Part shown: positions 7,725-18,200 of the stretch, in pieces
Numbering within the stretch: position 1 is the first letter of the stretch
Layout of the letters: each line of letters opens with the position of its first letter
NCBI GenBank assembly: GCA_001275005.1
Contig: JWZX01003277.1
Location: forward strand, 1 to 36,868
Reading direction: 5' to 3'
Length of the DNA: 36,868 bases
Origin: Chrysochromulina tobinii
Taxonomy: Eukaryota
Translations under genes and position numbers: made by a program
The notes under the pieces: model-generated
What the model was told of the DNA's origin: nothing
What the model saw: the letters and a program-made list of their open reading frames with translations, nothing else
Databases searched by the model: none

Positions 7725-10498
7725 ATGTCCTTCTTGAGCAGCGTGCGGGAGGCCGCCTCGGCGGGCCTCAAGATGGCGGCCTCGATGGCGTCAGGCACAT
7801 CGCTGCCCTTCGAACAAGGCCCGCAGATCACGAGCTACCAAGGTGTTATGAAGATGTACTCGGGCAAGCGCGAGAATAAGGAGGGCGTCAAGGAGATCGT
7901 CTCCATCTTCATGTACGACCTGAAGAACAAGAAGTCAGACGAGGAGCTCGCGCTCGTCAAGAACGCGCAGAGGCGGCTGCGCACGATCAAGCACCCGTAC
8001 CTTCTGCGCTGCATCGACGCGGGCGAACAGCTCGATAACAAGGGAGGTGGCATCATCTGGATCGTGACTGAGCCGGTGCAGCCGCTCGAGGACGTGATCG
8101 ACAACCTGCGCGAGGCGCCGGGCTCCATCGCGTGGGGCACATACACGCTAGCCGCCGCCATCAAGTTCCTCAACATCGACTGCAACATCGTGCACGGCCA
8201 AGTGTGCATGTCTTCGCTCTTCGTGGACAAGGGCATGGATTGGAAGCTTGGCGGCTTCGAGCTGCTCGTGACGGCGCCTGAGGCGAACCCCGCCTACTTT
8301 GCACGCGCCAAGGATGTGCTGCCCAAGCGCTACCAGTCACCCGAGATCTCACGTGGCCAGCCCGAGCAGCTCGAAGCTCTCCAACGCATTCCAGTGGCCG
8401 CGGACTGGTGCGCGTCGCAGCACTGCTACAGCCCGGTTGCGTGTGGCCACGGGCCTCAAATGCATCTGGGCCCGTGCGCCCCTGCGTGCCCCTGACTGCG
8501 TGCCCCTGACGGCGTGTCCCTGACGGCGTGTCCTGGGGTGGCAGGTGGGCGCTCGGTTGCACCGTATTCGAGGTATGGTGCGGCACGATCAAATCGCCTT
8601 CGGATCTCAAGAACATGAGCGGGATGCCCGAGGCGCTCCGGCCCGACTTTGTGCGCATGCTGCAGTCGAGTCCGGCCGGCCGGCTGCGCCCTGCGGAGCT
8701 CCTCTCCAATCCGGTCTTCGAAGACGACTACGTCTCTCTCCACATCTTCCTCGAGACGCTGAATGTGAAGGACGCGATCGAGAAGGACAGGTTCTTCACC
8801 AAGCTCGCGGAGCGCGTGCCTGCCCTGCCCAAGCCCGCCGCGCAGTGGAAGGTGTTGCCCGCGCTCAACAACTCGCTCGAGTTCGGCGGCGGCTCGGCGC
8901 GTGCGCTCGAACCGCTGCTCAAGATCGCCAACGTGCTGAGCGAGGAGGAGTACCAGGAGCAGGTGGTGCCCACCATCATCAAGCTCTTTGCGAACACAGA
9001 CCGCCAGATGCGTCTCCCGCTCCTCGAACGGCTGCCCTCGATGGTGGAGCACCTCTCGAAGAAGGTCATCAACGAGTCCATCTTCCAGCCGCTAGCGATG
9101 GGTTTCGTCGACACCTCGGTCATCCTACGCGAGATGACGGTGAAGAGCATCGTGACGATCGCTCCCAAGCTCAGCTCGGGCACGATGCAGCACGTGATGC
9201 GCGCCTTTGCGAAGCTGCAGCTGGATGAGGAGGCCGCTATCCGCACGAACACGACCATCTGCCTCGGCAAGATCGCCGCGCATATCGACGCGCAGACGCG
9301 CGAAAAGGTGCTCATCCCCGCTTGCTGCCGAGCGCTCAAAGATCCCTTCCCGCCCGGCCGCGCCGCCGGCCTCATGTCGCTCACGGCGACGCAGCAATAC
9401 CACAGCCCCATGGACGTCGCCACCAAGATCGTGCCCAACGTGGCGCCGATGGTGCTGGACGTCGAGAAGGACGTGCGTGAAGCAGCGCTCGCGTGCATGC
9501 GCATCTACATGCAGCGACTCGAGCATGCGGCCCAGCAACTCTCGTTGCCGCCGGAGCAACGCAAGGAGCTGCAGGCACCCGAGCAAAAGACGCCTGATCT
9601 GTCCGACCCGGCGGCTGCAGTCTCGTGGCTCACCTCGACGGTGACCAACGCCGTCAAGGAAGCCGTCAAGGAGCAGACTGGCGGCTCCGCGCCCAAGGCG
9701 GCAGCTGGCTCAGCCGCTGGCGCCCCGGCTGGCTACGGGACCGGTGGGCCCGGTGCCGCCATGTCGTCCACGCCGCTCACGCCAACGCCGGCCGCGCCGG
9801 CCGCCTATGCGCCGCCCAAGCCCGCCGCGCCCGCGACGACGCCCGTCGCACCCGCCGCGCCCGTCGCTGCGGCGCCGGCCCCAGCGAAGGACGGTTGGGG
9901 AATGGACGACGATGATCTCGGGCTCAATGATGCCTTCGGCAGCGTCGGCGTCTCGGGAGGCATGGGCGGCATGGGCGGCATGGGCGGCGGCATGATGGGC
10001 GGCGGCATGATGGGTGGCGGCATGATGGGCGGCGGCATGGCCACGCTCGCCCCGCCGACGACGGGCGACGACTTTTTTGGAAGCTGCGGCATGGCGTCTG
10101 CTCCGAGCATGCCCCCGAAGGCCCCGGCGGCGCCCGCCGCCGATCCTTTTGCCTCGTTCGGCAAACCGCCTGCGCCCGCCGCGGTGCCCAGCACGCCAAT
10201 GGGCCAGATGGGCGGAATGGGCCAGATGGGCGGCATGGGGCAAATGGGCGGAATGGGGCAGATGGGCGGAATGGGACAGATGGGCGGCATGGGGCAGATG
10301 GGCGGCATGGGGCAAATGGGCGGCATGGGCGGCATTGGCGGCATGGCCCCGATGGGTCCGCCGGCGAGCGGCGGTGGGGGCGGAATGGGCGGCGCGGCGG
10401 GTCTCGACCCGTTCGCGATGCTCAACCCGCCAACGGGCGGGGCTCCCAAGAAACCAGCCGCCCAAAAGGTGCTGGATGATTCTTGGGATAAGTGGTGA
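7725..10498 (+). CDS. SCYL1: SCY1-like pseudokinase with HEAT repeats; exons 7725-8407 and 8545-10498, 878 aa
   Basis: LRTIKHPYLL, WIVTEPVQPL, VHGQV..LFVD..DWKLGGFE (no HRD or DFG), spliced ADWWALGC, and HEAT region DEEAAIRTNTTICLGKIA / RALKDPFPPGR. SCYL1 versus SCYL3 is not fully resolvable. Confidence 0.88.
8408..8544 (+). other. Spliceosomal intron, 137 nt, containing a 14-bp tandem repeat
   Basis: GTGCGC donor and GGCAG acceptor restore kinase subdomain IX (D-W-W-A-L-G). Repeat GCGTG(C/T)CCCTGAC(T/G) about 3.5x at 8484-8535. Confidence 0.85.
10199..10330 (+). repeat. Coding 18-bp tandem repeat (MGQMGG x7) in the SCYL tail
   Basis: ATGGGNCARATGGGCGGN units read directly. A further GGGMM repeat lies at about 9958-10040. 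Confidence 0.9.
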
Positions 10499-10675
10499 TG
10501 AGGGGAAAAAAACTGGCTTGTGTGTTGGCTTGTACCTGACGGAGTGTGTTGGCTGAGGGGTGTGTTCTGTGTTGGCTTGTCCCGTTCACAGTGTGTTGGT
10601 TTGTACATGTATTCCTACATGTAGTGGGCGTCGACGCCACAGTACCCCCGGGTTGCTCAGACTCCGAGAGCTTTC

Positions 10676-10707
10676 CTAAGCCGCTTACGGGCTTAGCCTA
10701 ACCCTAA
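10676..10707 (+). other. 7-bp hairpin followed immediately by telomere-repeat-complementary CCTAACCCTAA
   Basis: CTAAGCC (10676-10682) pairs with GGCTTAG (10690-10696); CCTAACCCTAA is at 10697-10707. The sequence is certain, the function unknown. Confidence 0.5.
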
Positions 10708-10922
10708 GGGGAGCTTTTGCATCTTCAACGTGTGAACCGAGTATGGCTGTGATAAGGGGGTCCAGGGGTCCCCGAGCTAGTTGTAACCGCACACGTATGT
10801 ACGCCGGTCCGGTGTCTTGGGTGTCGAGTCATAAACATTGACTGTGAATCGCATGTAACCGTCGAATCGCGAACGGCAAAGTACACTTTTGGACGCACAA
10901 CATATCTTGCAGACACATATCC

Positions 10923-12314
10923 ATGTCGCCCGCCGTGCTGTTGCTGTTGCTCACGTCCGTGGGCGGCGCCAGTGCTTTTGGTCGGCTGTTCAATAATCTG
11001 TTCAACCGCACCGCATCCATCACCTCGGCCTTCTCCTCGACCTGTGTCGATGGCAACCTCGAAAACTGCAAAATGTGGGCCGAGGACGGTGAGTGCGAGA
11101 AGAATCCTGCGTACATGCGCGAGAGCTGCAAACGGTCGTGCGGCATGTGCGGCGGCTTCAAAAAGCCGAACGTGCGCATAGGCTGCAACGACGAAGAGGG
11201 CTACGAGTGCGAGCAGCGTGCTGCAAAGGGCGAGTGCCACAGCAACAAGGGCGAGATGCTGATTCGCTGCATGAAGAGTTGTGACGCTTGTCGCTGGAAG
11301 TCCTTGTTGCAAGACGCGCTCGGGTGCGAGGACAAGCACAACAGCTGCGTCATGTGGAAGGACAATGGCGAGTGCACGCGCAATCCTGGCTACATGATGG
11401 ACAATTGCCCAGTGGCGTGCGAGAAATGCGCCAGCAAGCGTGCGTCCTGCGACCGGCCGCCCAACACGCCACCGACGGTGCTCCCAGGCGACATCAACCG
11501 CACGATGACGCGCATCTGGCACGAGTTTCCGCAGTACGATCCAAAACCGCTCAGCTGGCCTGGGGGTCCCCACGGGCCGAACGCCCCATGGGTCATGTCG
11601 CTTCGCAACTTTGTGTCCGACGAGGAGGCCGAGGCGTTCACATCCACATGCAAGCAGCACTTTGACCGCTCGCTCGCGGGCGACCAGCTCTCGCCCGTGC
11701 GCACGAGCTACCAGTGCTGGTGCTCCGGCAACGAGTGCGAGGCACACCGACTCACGCAGATCGTCGCTGAGCGCATTGCGAATGTGACGCGATCACAGGT
11801 GCGCTCCCATCTCTAGTCTCACATCGCATCACGCTCACCATCACCCCGATCGTCACATTGGCCCTGGCCCTGGCCTTGGGCCTGGCCTTGACCCTGGGCC
11901 TCGCCTGGACTGTCGCAGGTGCGCTACATGGAGCCCTTCCAGATCCTCAAATACGAGCCTGGACAGTTCTACAAGGTGCACCATGACCAGAACTCGGGCC
12001 TCTTCACACCTCAGGGCGCGCGCGTCTACACCTTCTTCATGTACCTGAACGACGTGGACGAGGGGCAGGAGGAGCCGGGCGGCGGTACGCACTTTGCCGA
12101 CCTGGGCGTCGTCATGCCTGCGCGCAAGGGCCACGCCGTGCTGTGGCCGTCTGTGATGGACGCCGAACCGGACCGAGATGAGCCAATGACAAACCACGAG
12201 GGGCTTCCTCCAAAGGCGAGCGTCAAGTATGCGTCCAACGTGTGGATCCACAACTACGACTACAGAACGCCCGCGAATGCCAACTGTCTGCTGACACACA
12301 GGAATACGCACTGA
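10923..12314 (+). CDS. Secreted prolyl 4-hydroxylase (2OG-Fe(II) oxygenase) with three N-terminal ShKT domains; exons 10923-11798 and 11919-12314, 423 aa
   Basis: Signal peptide; three six-Cys ShKT units (e.g. CKMWAEDGECEKNPAYMRESCKRSCGMC); catalytic YKVHHD, FFMYLNDV..GGGTHF, HEGLP and KYASNVW. Confidence 0.9.
11799..11918 (+). other. Spliceosomal intron, 120 nt, phase 0
   Basis: CAG|GTGCGC donor and CGCAG acceptor; contains the in-frame stop at 11814-11816 and degenerate CCYTGR hexamers. Confidence 0.85.
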
Positions 12315-13516
12315 GAGAGGGGCACCCTCGCCGGTCTTGGCGGCGCGATTGCGTGGGTAAGTGGAGAGGAGACGAGAATAGTGGGGCATTTTAGGTGGAA
12401 TAGACGGTTTATTTGAACGGAACAAAACGATGCCCTAGCCCCTACCCAACCCATTCGACGGTTAATCCTTAGCTCCGCTTTGCGTGAGGGGGACTGGCCA
12501 GGGCTCTGATCGGTGGCCACACAATCGTGGGTAAGGGGGCTGGTCTCGTTTGCGTCGTAGTCAATTGTCCAAGTTAAGTCGTCCCACAGGTGAATCTCGA
12601 ACCACAGTTGCTGCGCTATTTGAAATCTCTGTTTCCACTGCACCACATTCCATTGCACATTTGCTGGATGGACGTTCGCCCATTTTAAGGTGCGTTTTCG
12701 AGTTTCAAAGCGAGCACTCTCTCTTCAACGCCCCTGTTCGTGGCTTCGCGAATGCGAGCGAGCGCAAAATCGGATGTCACATGGCCAAGCACGGGCCCTC
12801 GCGTGCGCGCTTTCAAGCCAATAGGGGCACACCGTTCACGCAGCCAAGAAAATGACAACGATGATGACAAAATTGGGGCATACCGCTCACTCGCGGCTCG
12901 TGCCGGCCAAGAAGAATGACGACAAAGATAACATGTCGTGGGTATGCCCACTCTGCTCACATCTGTCACATTCGGAGACGTTTGCCCCACGCGCGGAGAG
13001 GTATTCAACACACGGGACGTGATCCCCTCGATGATTTCGAGTAAACGTGCTTGGCTGACTGGCCAGTCAACATAGCGCAGCGGACGCGGCGCATCGAGGC
13101 GTGCTACTCGATAATGCAAGAGGCCCGAGGCGTGAGATATCAATGATCGTCCGTTAGCGCTTTCAGCGTTCGGCGCCGCACTTGCGCGCGACGCGCGATC
13201 CCGAACTGCTCGACCGCGTGCGCGTGTGCGTGTGGCTGCGTCCGAGTTCAAATTCAAGTCAATCGGTTAGTCCGTTGTCAAGTCGGTTCAGAGTCTGCGC
13301 GGCAGGACCAAGGACCCAGGAGCACACATACGTGTGTACAACAGCCCGAAACAGTTTGACGTAGACCAGAGGACAGACACACGCTGAACAGGTCTCAACG
13401 GAGTCCCTGCAAGTCTCAATGAGACCGCCGAAAACTGACAAGTAGATCAGCCCAGACCCCAGAGCAGGCCAGAGCCCACACGGACACGCACTCGCATCAT
13501 CCCCAGGAGGGAGTGC

Positions 13517-14911
13517 TCATAGAGGAACCGCGAGGGCCTCTGCGAAGGCTGCCTCGATGCCCTGCGCGACGGAAAGGATGTGCTTGTCGGACATCGCCAA
13601 TCCAGCGACCATGAAGCCCACAGGCGCCTCGCCCAGGCGATTGCACGGCACCGTGGCAGCGCAACCGTCGATGATGTTGATGAGCCCCGTGTTTCGCAGC
13701 AGCAGCAGATTGAGCGCACCGTACGCGGCGTCCGAGCTGTCGGCCTCGGCGATCGTGGGCGCGGTGATGGCGCAGGTAGGCAGCACCATCGCGTCGCACC
13801 CCTGCATGAGCGCCTCGATACCTTTGATCACGAGATTTCGATCAAAGCCGAGCTGCACGTAATCGGCGGCGGAGCAAGCCTCGCCCGGCGCGATGCGCAC
13901 GGCGACGCGAGGGTCATACAGATGCTTCTGCGCGGCGAAGCGCGCGCGGTGGATCTGCCAAGCCTCGGGCGCAGCGAACCCGCCGCCACTGTAGAGGGCA
14001 TGCGCGCGCGCGATGACCGTCTCCACCTCCGCCGCAGGCGGCTCCACGAGCGTTGCACCCGCCGCCCGCAGCACGTCGAGGGCGCGCTCGAAGGCGTCGC
14101 TGACGGCCGGCTGCAGGTCGGCGAAGAGCAGCGATGCGCGTGGCACGAGGAGACGCAGCGAGCTCGGTTTGAGAGCGGGCGGTGCCGCCGCGGAGCTCGC
14201 CGCCCCGTCTGCAGCCAAGATCGCGTCGTACACGGCGCAGCAGCCTATGGATCGGGCGAGTGGGCCGACCGAGTCGAGCGTGTACGAGAGCGGGAAGCAG
14301 CCGTCGCGCGGAATGCGCCGCTGCGTCGGCTTGAAGCCCGCGATCCCGCACAGGCCCGCCGGGATGCGTACGCTGCCGCGCGTGTCAGAGCCCAGGCCCA
14401 TGGCCACCATCCCGTCGGCCACGGAGACGGCCGCTCCGGCCGACGAGCCGCCCGGGATGTGCCCGCCACTGGCACGGTCGTACGGGTTCTTGGGCGTGCC
14501 GTAGTGCGGGTTGAGCCCGACGCCGCCAAAGGCGAACTCGACAGTGACCGTTCGGCCCACTATGACCGCACCCGCAGCACGCAGCCGAGCCACCGCCGTC
14601 GCGTCCGCTTTGGCTGGCGGATCGCTGGCGAGCGCGACGCTTCCCGCGCGGGTGACATCGCCGCACACGTCGTACAGATCCTTGACCGAGATGGGGATGC
14701 CTTCGACCGGCGAGCGCACGACACCGAGAGCACGCAGGCGGTCGGACGCGTCTGCCTCCGCGAGCGCGGCGTCCGAGTATACCTTCATGAAAGCGCGCGA
14801 GCCCTCGAGCTTCGGGTCGGCGATGCGCGCGAGCGCGGTCTCGACGAGCTTGCGCGATGTCGTGCGCCCCGCCGAAAGCTCTGAGGCGAGCAGGGAGATG
14901 GGGCCGAACAT
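13517..14911 (-). CDS. Amidase signature family protein (464 aa, intronless)
   Basis: GIPISVKD (Lys), PGGSSAGAAVSV (cis-Ser), GSDTRGSVRIPAGLCGIAGFKPT (nucleophile Ser) and LDSVGPLARS. Confidence 0.93.
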   Translation of the reverse strand: MFGPISLLASELSAGRTTSRKLVETALARIADPKLEGSRAFMKVYSDAALAEADASDRLRALGVVRSPVEGIPISVKDLYDVCGDVTRAGSVALASDPPAKADATAVARLRAAGAVIVGRTVTVEFAFGGVGLNPHYGTPKNPYDRASGGHIPGGSSAGAAVSVADGMVAMGLGSDTRGSVRIPAGLCGIAGFKPTQRRIPRDGCFPLSYTLDSVGPLARSIGCCAVYDAILAADGAASSAAAPPALKPSSLRLLVPRASLLFADLQPAVSDAFERALDVLRAAGATLVEPPAAEVETVIARAHALYSGGGFAAPEAWQIHRARFAAQKHLYDPRVAVRIAPGEACSAADYVQLGFDRNLVIKGIEALMQGCDAMVLPTCAITAPTIAEADSSDAAYGALNLLLLRNTGLINIIDGCAATVPCNRLGEAPVGFMVAGLAMSDKHILSVAQGIEAAFAEALAVPL

Positions 14912-15236
14912 GGGAAAAGGTTACTGTTCCCCACAACTTCCCCACTCCCAATTTAAATCTGCCCCCCTCGCGACGGACACTCATGCGGGCTCTCACACTC
15001 GGCGTGGGAACCCCCCTTAAAAGAGGACACCTTGCGCCAAACTTGCGCATTCACGTTAAACCGTGGCTTCCAGATTCAACTGCAGAAGCCAAAAACGACT
15101 CGAATCGCTGTGGTCCGGCCAGGGCTCACAAGACAGTCGGGCAGCGGAGCTGAGCAAGGACGCGAGCAACTAGTGCCCGTTTGTCTTGCCTGCCGCCAGC
15201 GACCTCAGAACCCGGTAGATACAACCCACAGATATA

Positions 15237-18200
15237 ATGCTCACAACTAAGGCCTCCGGCCTCGACGCCCTCGACGCTGATCCTCCTTCCAAGAAGGTTG
15301 TCGGGCCCAGCGGCAAAGAGTATTTTGGCTCCGTGCTTTGCTGCCTGCGCGTCTACACTCAGCCTCGCAAGCTCTTCATCAGGATCATTGAGGCAAAGTG
15401 GTTCGACCCTCTCATCCTGTGTACCATCCTTTGCAATTGTGCCACGATGGCGTGGCAGTCGCCGCTGGATCCATGCTGCACCAACAAGGCGGCGTTCATC
15501 GGTGTCATGGAGTGGATCTATCTGTACATCTTCACATTCGAGCTCGTGTCCAAGATCTTTGCGTACGGCTTCCTGTTTCAGGAGGGCACGTACCTGCGTG
15601 ACGCATGGTGCCAGCTCGACTTCATTGTTGTCTCGCTTGCGTGGCTGCCCATCCTCTTCCCTGAAACCTTCGGCAACACGTCGGCCATCCGCTCGGTGCG
15701 CGCGCTGCGGCCTCTGCGCGCTCTCAAGCGCGTGCCAGGCATGCCGCAGATGATCTCCGCCATCATGGCGGCTTTCCCCAAGCTGAGCAACGTGGTCGCT
15801 CTCTGCTCCTTCATCTTCCTTGTCTTCGGCATCGTGGGCATGGAGCTCTTCAAGGGCGCGCTGCACTACCGGTGCGCGTCCGAGGGCTTCGTCGAGACGC
15901 CCGGCCACCCCGTGTCCGATGCCCGACGGAGGCTTGAGGCGCTGCCGATGCCATGGGGACTCCTCGTCGAGGACGACACGCCCGTGCGCAACGTGTCGGG
16001 AAGCCTCTTCACAGCGTCCTCCGACCTCTTCACAGCGTCGTCCGACGCCCTTGTGGACGTCCACGCGGCCCGCGGCGTTTCCTCATTCGCGAGCACGGCG
16101 GTGGCGGCAGCGACTTCAGCGGCAGCAGCGGCAGCAGCGGCGCCACTGTGGGATCTGCACGCGCTCTTCGAGGAAGCCGATGCCCCCGGCTTCGCGAAGA
16201 AGCTCGCCATTCACATTCACAGGCGAAGCCTCAAAGGCAACGGAGGGGGTGCAGGTGGGAGCAGCGAGGCTGACGATGGCGACGACAGCGAGGCTGCCGT
16301 CGGAACGCCCGAGTATCAGGAACTGTATGACACGGGGCAGGCGTGCAATCCGACTAAGAACGCGGAGGCGCAGCGCCGTCGGATGAAGGGCGGCGGGGCG
16401 AGCGGAGGGGACGGGTCGGAGACGAACGACGACCCGACGCTGTGTCCTGCGGATACAACCTGCTCGTACTTCGACGAGAATCTCAACACGGGCCTGCTGG
16501 GCTTCGACGACATTGGCAAGTGCTTCTTGATCATCTTGCAGGGCACCACCTTTGATACGTGGACCGACCCGATGTATGCCCTCATGGCGTCCTTCAACCC
16601 ATTTGTGTTCATCTACTTTCTGCTGATCGCGATGCTCTGCGGCATCTTCGTCGTGCAGCTCTTCCTCGCCGTCATCGTGGACGAGTTCGTCAAGGCTCAG
16701 GAGCAAGACGCCATCGATAAGGCGCTGAAGGCGGCCAAACTTGCAAAGTTCGCCGCCTTCGCGATGGGGGGCGGCGCGCCCGTCCCGGCGCCCCCGGGGC
16801 CAACGGAGGAAGAGGCGCTACTCAAGGAGGGCACCGAAAAGTCGGACCTCACTGTGGTGGGTGAGGAGGTCGCAAAGGAACGCGGCTGCTGTGACTGCGC
16901 GCCCGCGCCCGGCACGGTGCGGGACAAATTCGGCCAGTTTATGACCGGCGAGCTGGTCGGCAACCTCTCGACGGGGCTGGTGGTGTACAACTTGTACCTG
17001 ATGTGCGCGCCCTATTATGGGATGAGCGAGGAGTACGCCATGGACCTCGAGAACAAGGCGACAATGGTCTCTTGGGCCTTCATCATCGAGATGTTCGGCA
17101 AGCTCCTCGGCATCGGGTGCGCCAATTACTGGGCTGATGGGTGGAATCAACTCGACGGGACCATCGTCTCCTTGTCGATCTTCGAGATGGTCATCACGCT
17201 GATTGCGGGGCCCGGCGCCAACTTCTCCTTCCTCCGCATTCTGCGAATGCTCCGTATCCTGCGCATTTTGCGCCTGATGAAGTCGTGGAAGGGCCTGTAC
17301 AAGATCATTGTCACTTTGGGTAAGACGCTGCCGCAGCTGGGCAACATCGGCGTCCTGATGGGTCTCGTCCTTCTGATCTTTGGATTGCTCGGCATGACGC
17401 TCTTCGCGGGCATCTATGCGCCGAGCACGGGCTACTCGAACCAGGTGTGCCCGGGCGGCAGTTGCCCCGACGACCTTGAGGAGCGCCCTCGATATCATTG
17501 GGACTACTTCGTACCGGCGATGCTGACTTGCTTCATCATGATGACGGGCGGTTGGGTGGACATCGTGCAACCTGCATATGCCATCGTTGGCGGTCCAGCC
17601 ATCATCTACTGCGTGATCGTCGTCATCGTCGGCTGCTTCGTCATCGTCAACCTCTTCGTTGCGGTGCTGCTCAACGCCTTCGCTAGCCCCGACGAGGAGG
17701 AGGGGGACGCACAGGCAGCGCCTGCCGAAACGGATCCGGCCAACGGGGATGAGAAGAATGACGACGCGGCCGAAAAGGGCGCCACGCCCGCCGTAGGCGC
17801 AGTGCTTCTCACCTTGAAGACGTCGCTTGAGGCGGAGGGTCGGGCGGCCGACTACACCGACGATACGCGCGAGGAGCTCTGTGCTCGCTTCGGCGCGGCC
17901 GTCGGAGTGCCAGCGCAGAGCGTCGGGCTCATTGTGAGCGATAAGATGCCGAGCCGTCCGACGGTCACACTTGACTTTTTCATCTGGGGCGATGACAAGA
18001 TGGTCTCGAGCCTGATGAGCTCGACCGAGTGGAGCACGAGCATCACGTCGGCCGATGCGCCCATTCTCTCCGAGCTGCTCTCTCTCAACGTCGTCTCGAG
18101 CGCCACCGTCACGCCCCCGCCCCCTCCCCCTCTTCCGCGACCAAAGTGGCCCCGCGACTACTCGATGCTCGTGTTCGGCCCGCGCAACTGCTTCCGGCTC

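Noticed and set aside
12312..12545. Selenocysteine read-through of the P4H TGA with a downstream SECIS
   Set aside because: The P4H domain is complete before the TGA, and no AUGA/AA/GA SECIS core is visible in the stem-loop.
12685..13257. 190-aa minus ORF and a short plus ORF with WVCPLC
   Set aside because: Non-ATG start or under 60 aa with only half a zinc-finger motif; not enough support, though a decayed gene cannot be excluded.
13580..14884. Long antisense or alternate-frame ORFs (e.g. 13580-14884+, 33760-35190-, 27771-28925+)
   Set aside because: Shadow ORFs produced by high GC3 codon bias of the real genes on the opposite strand.
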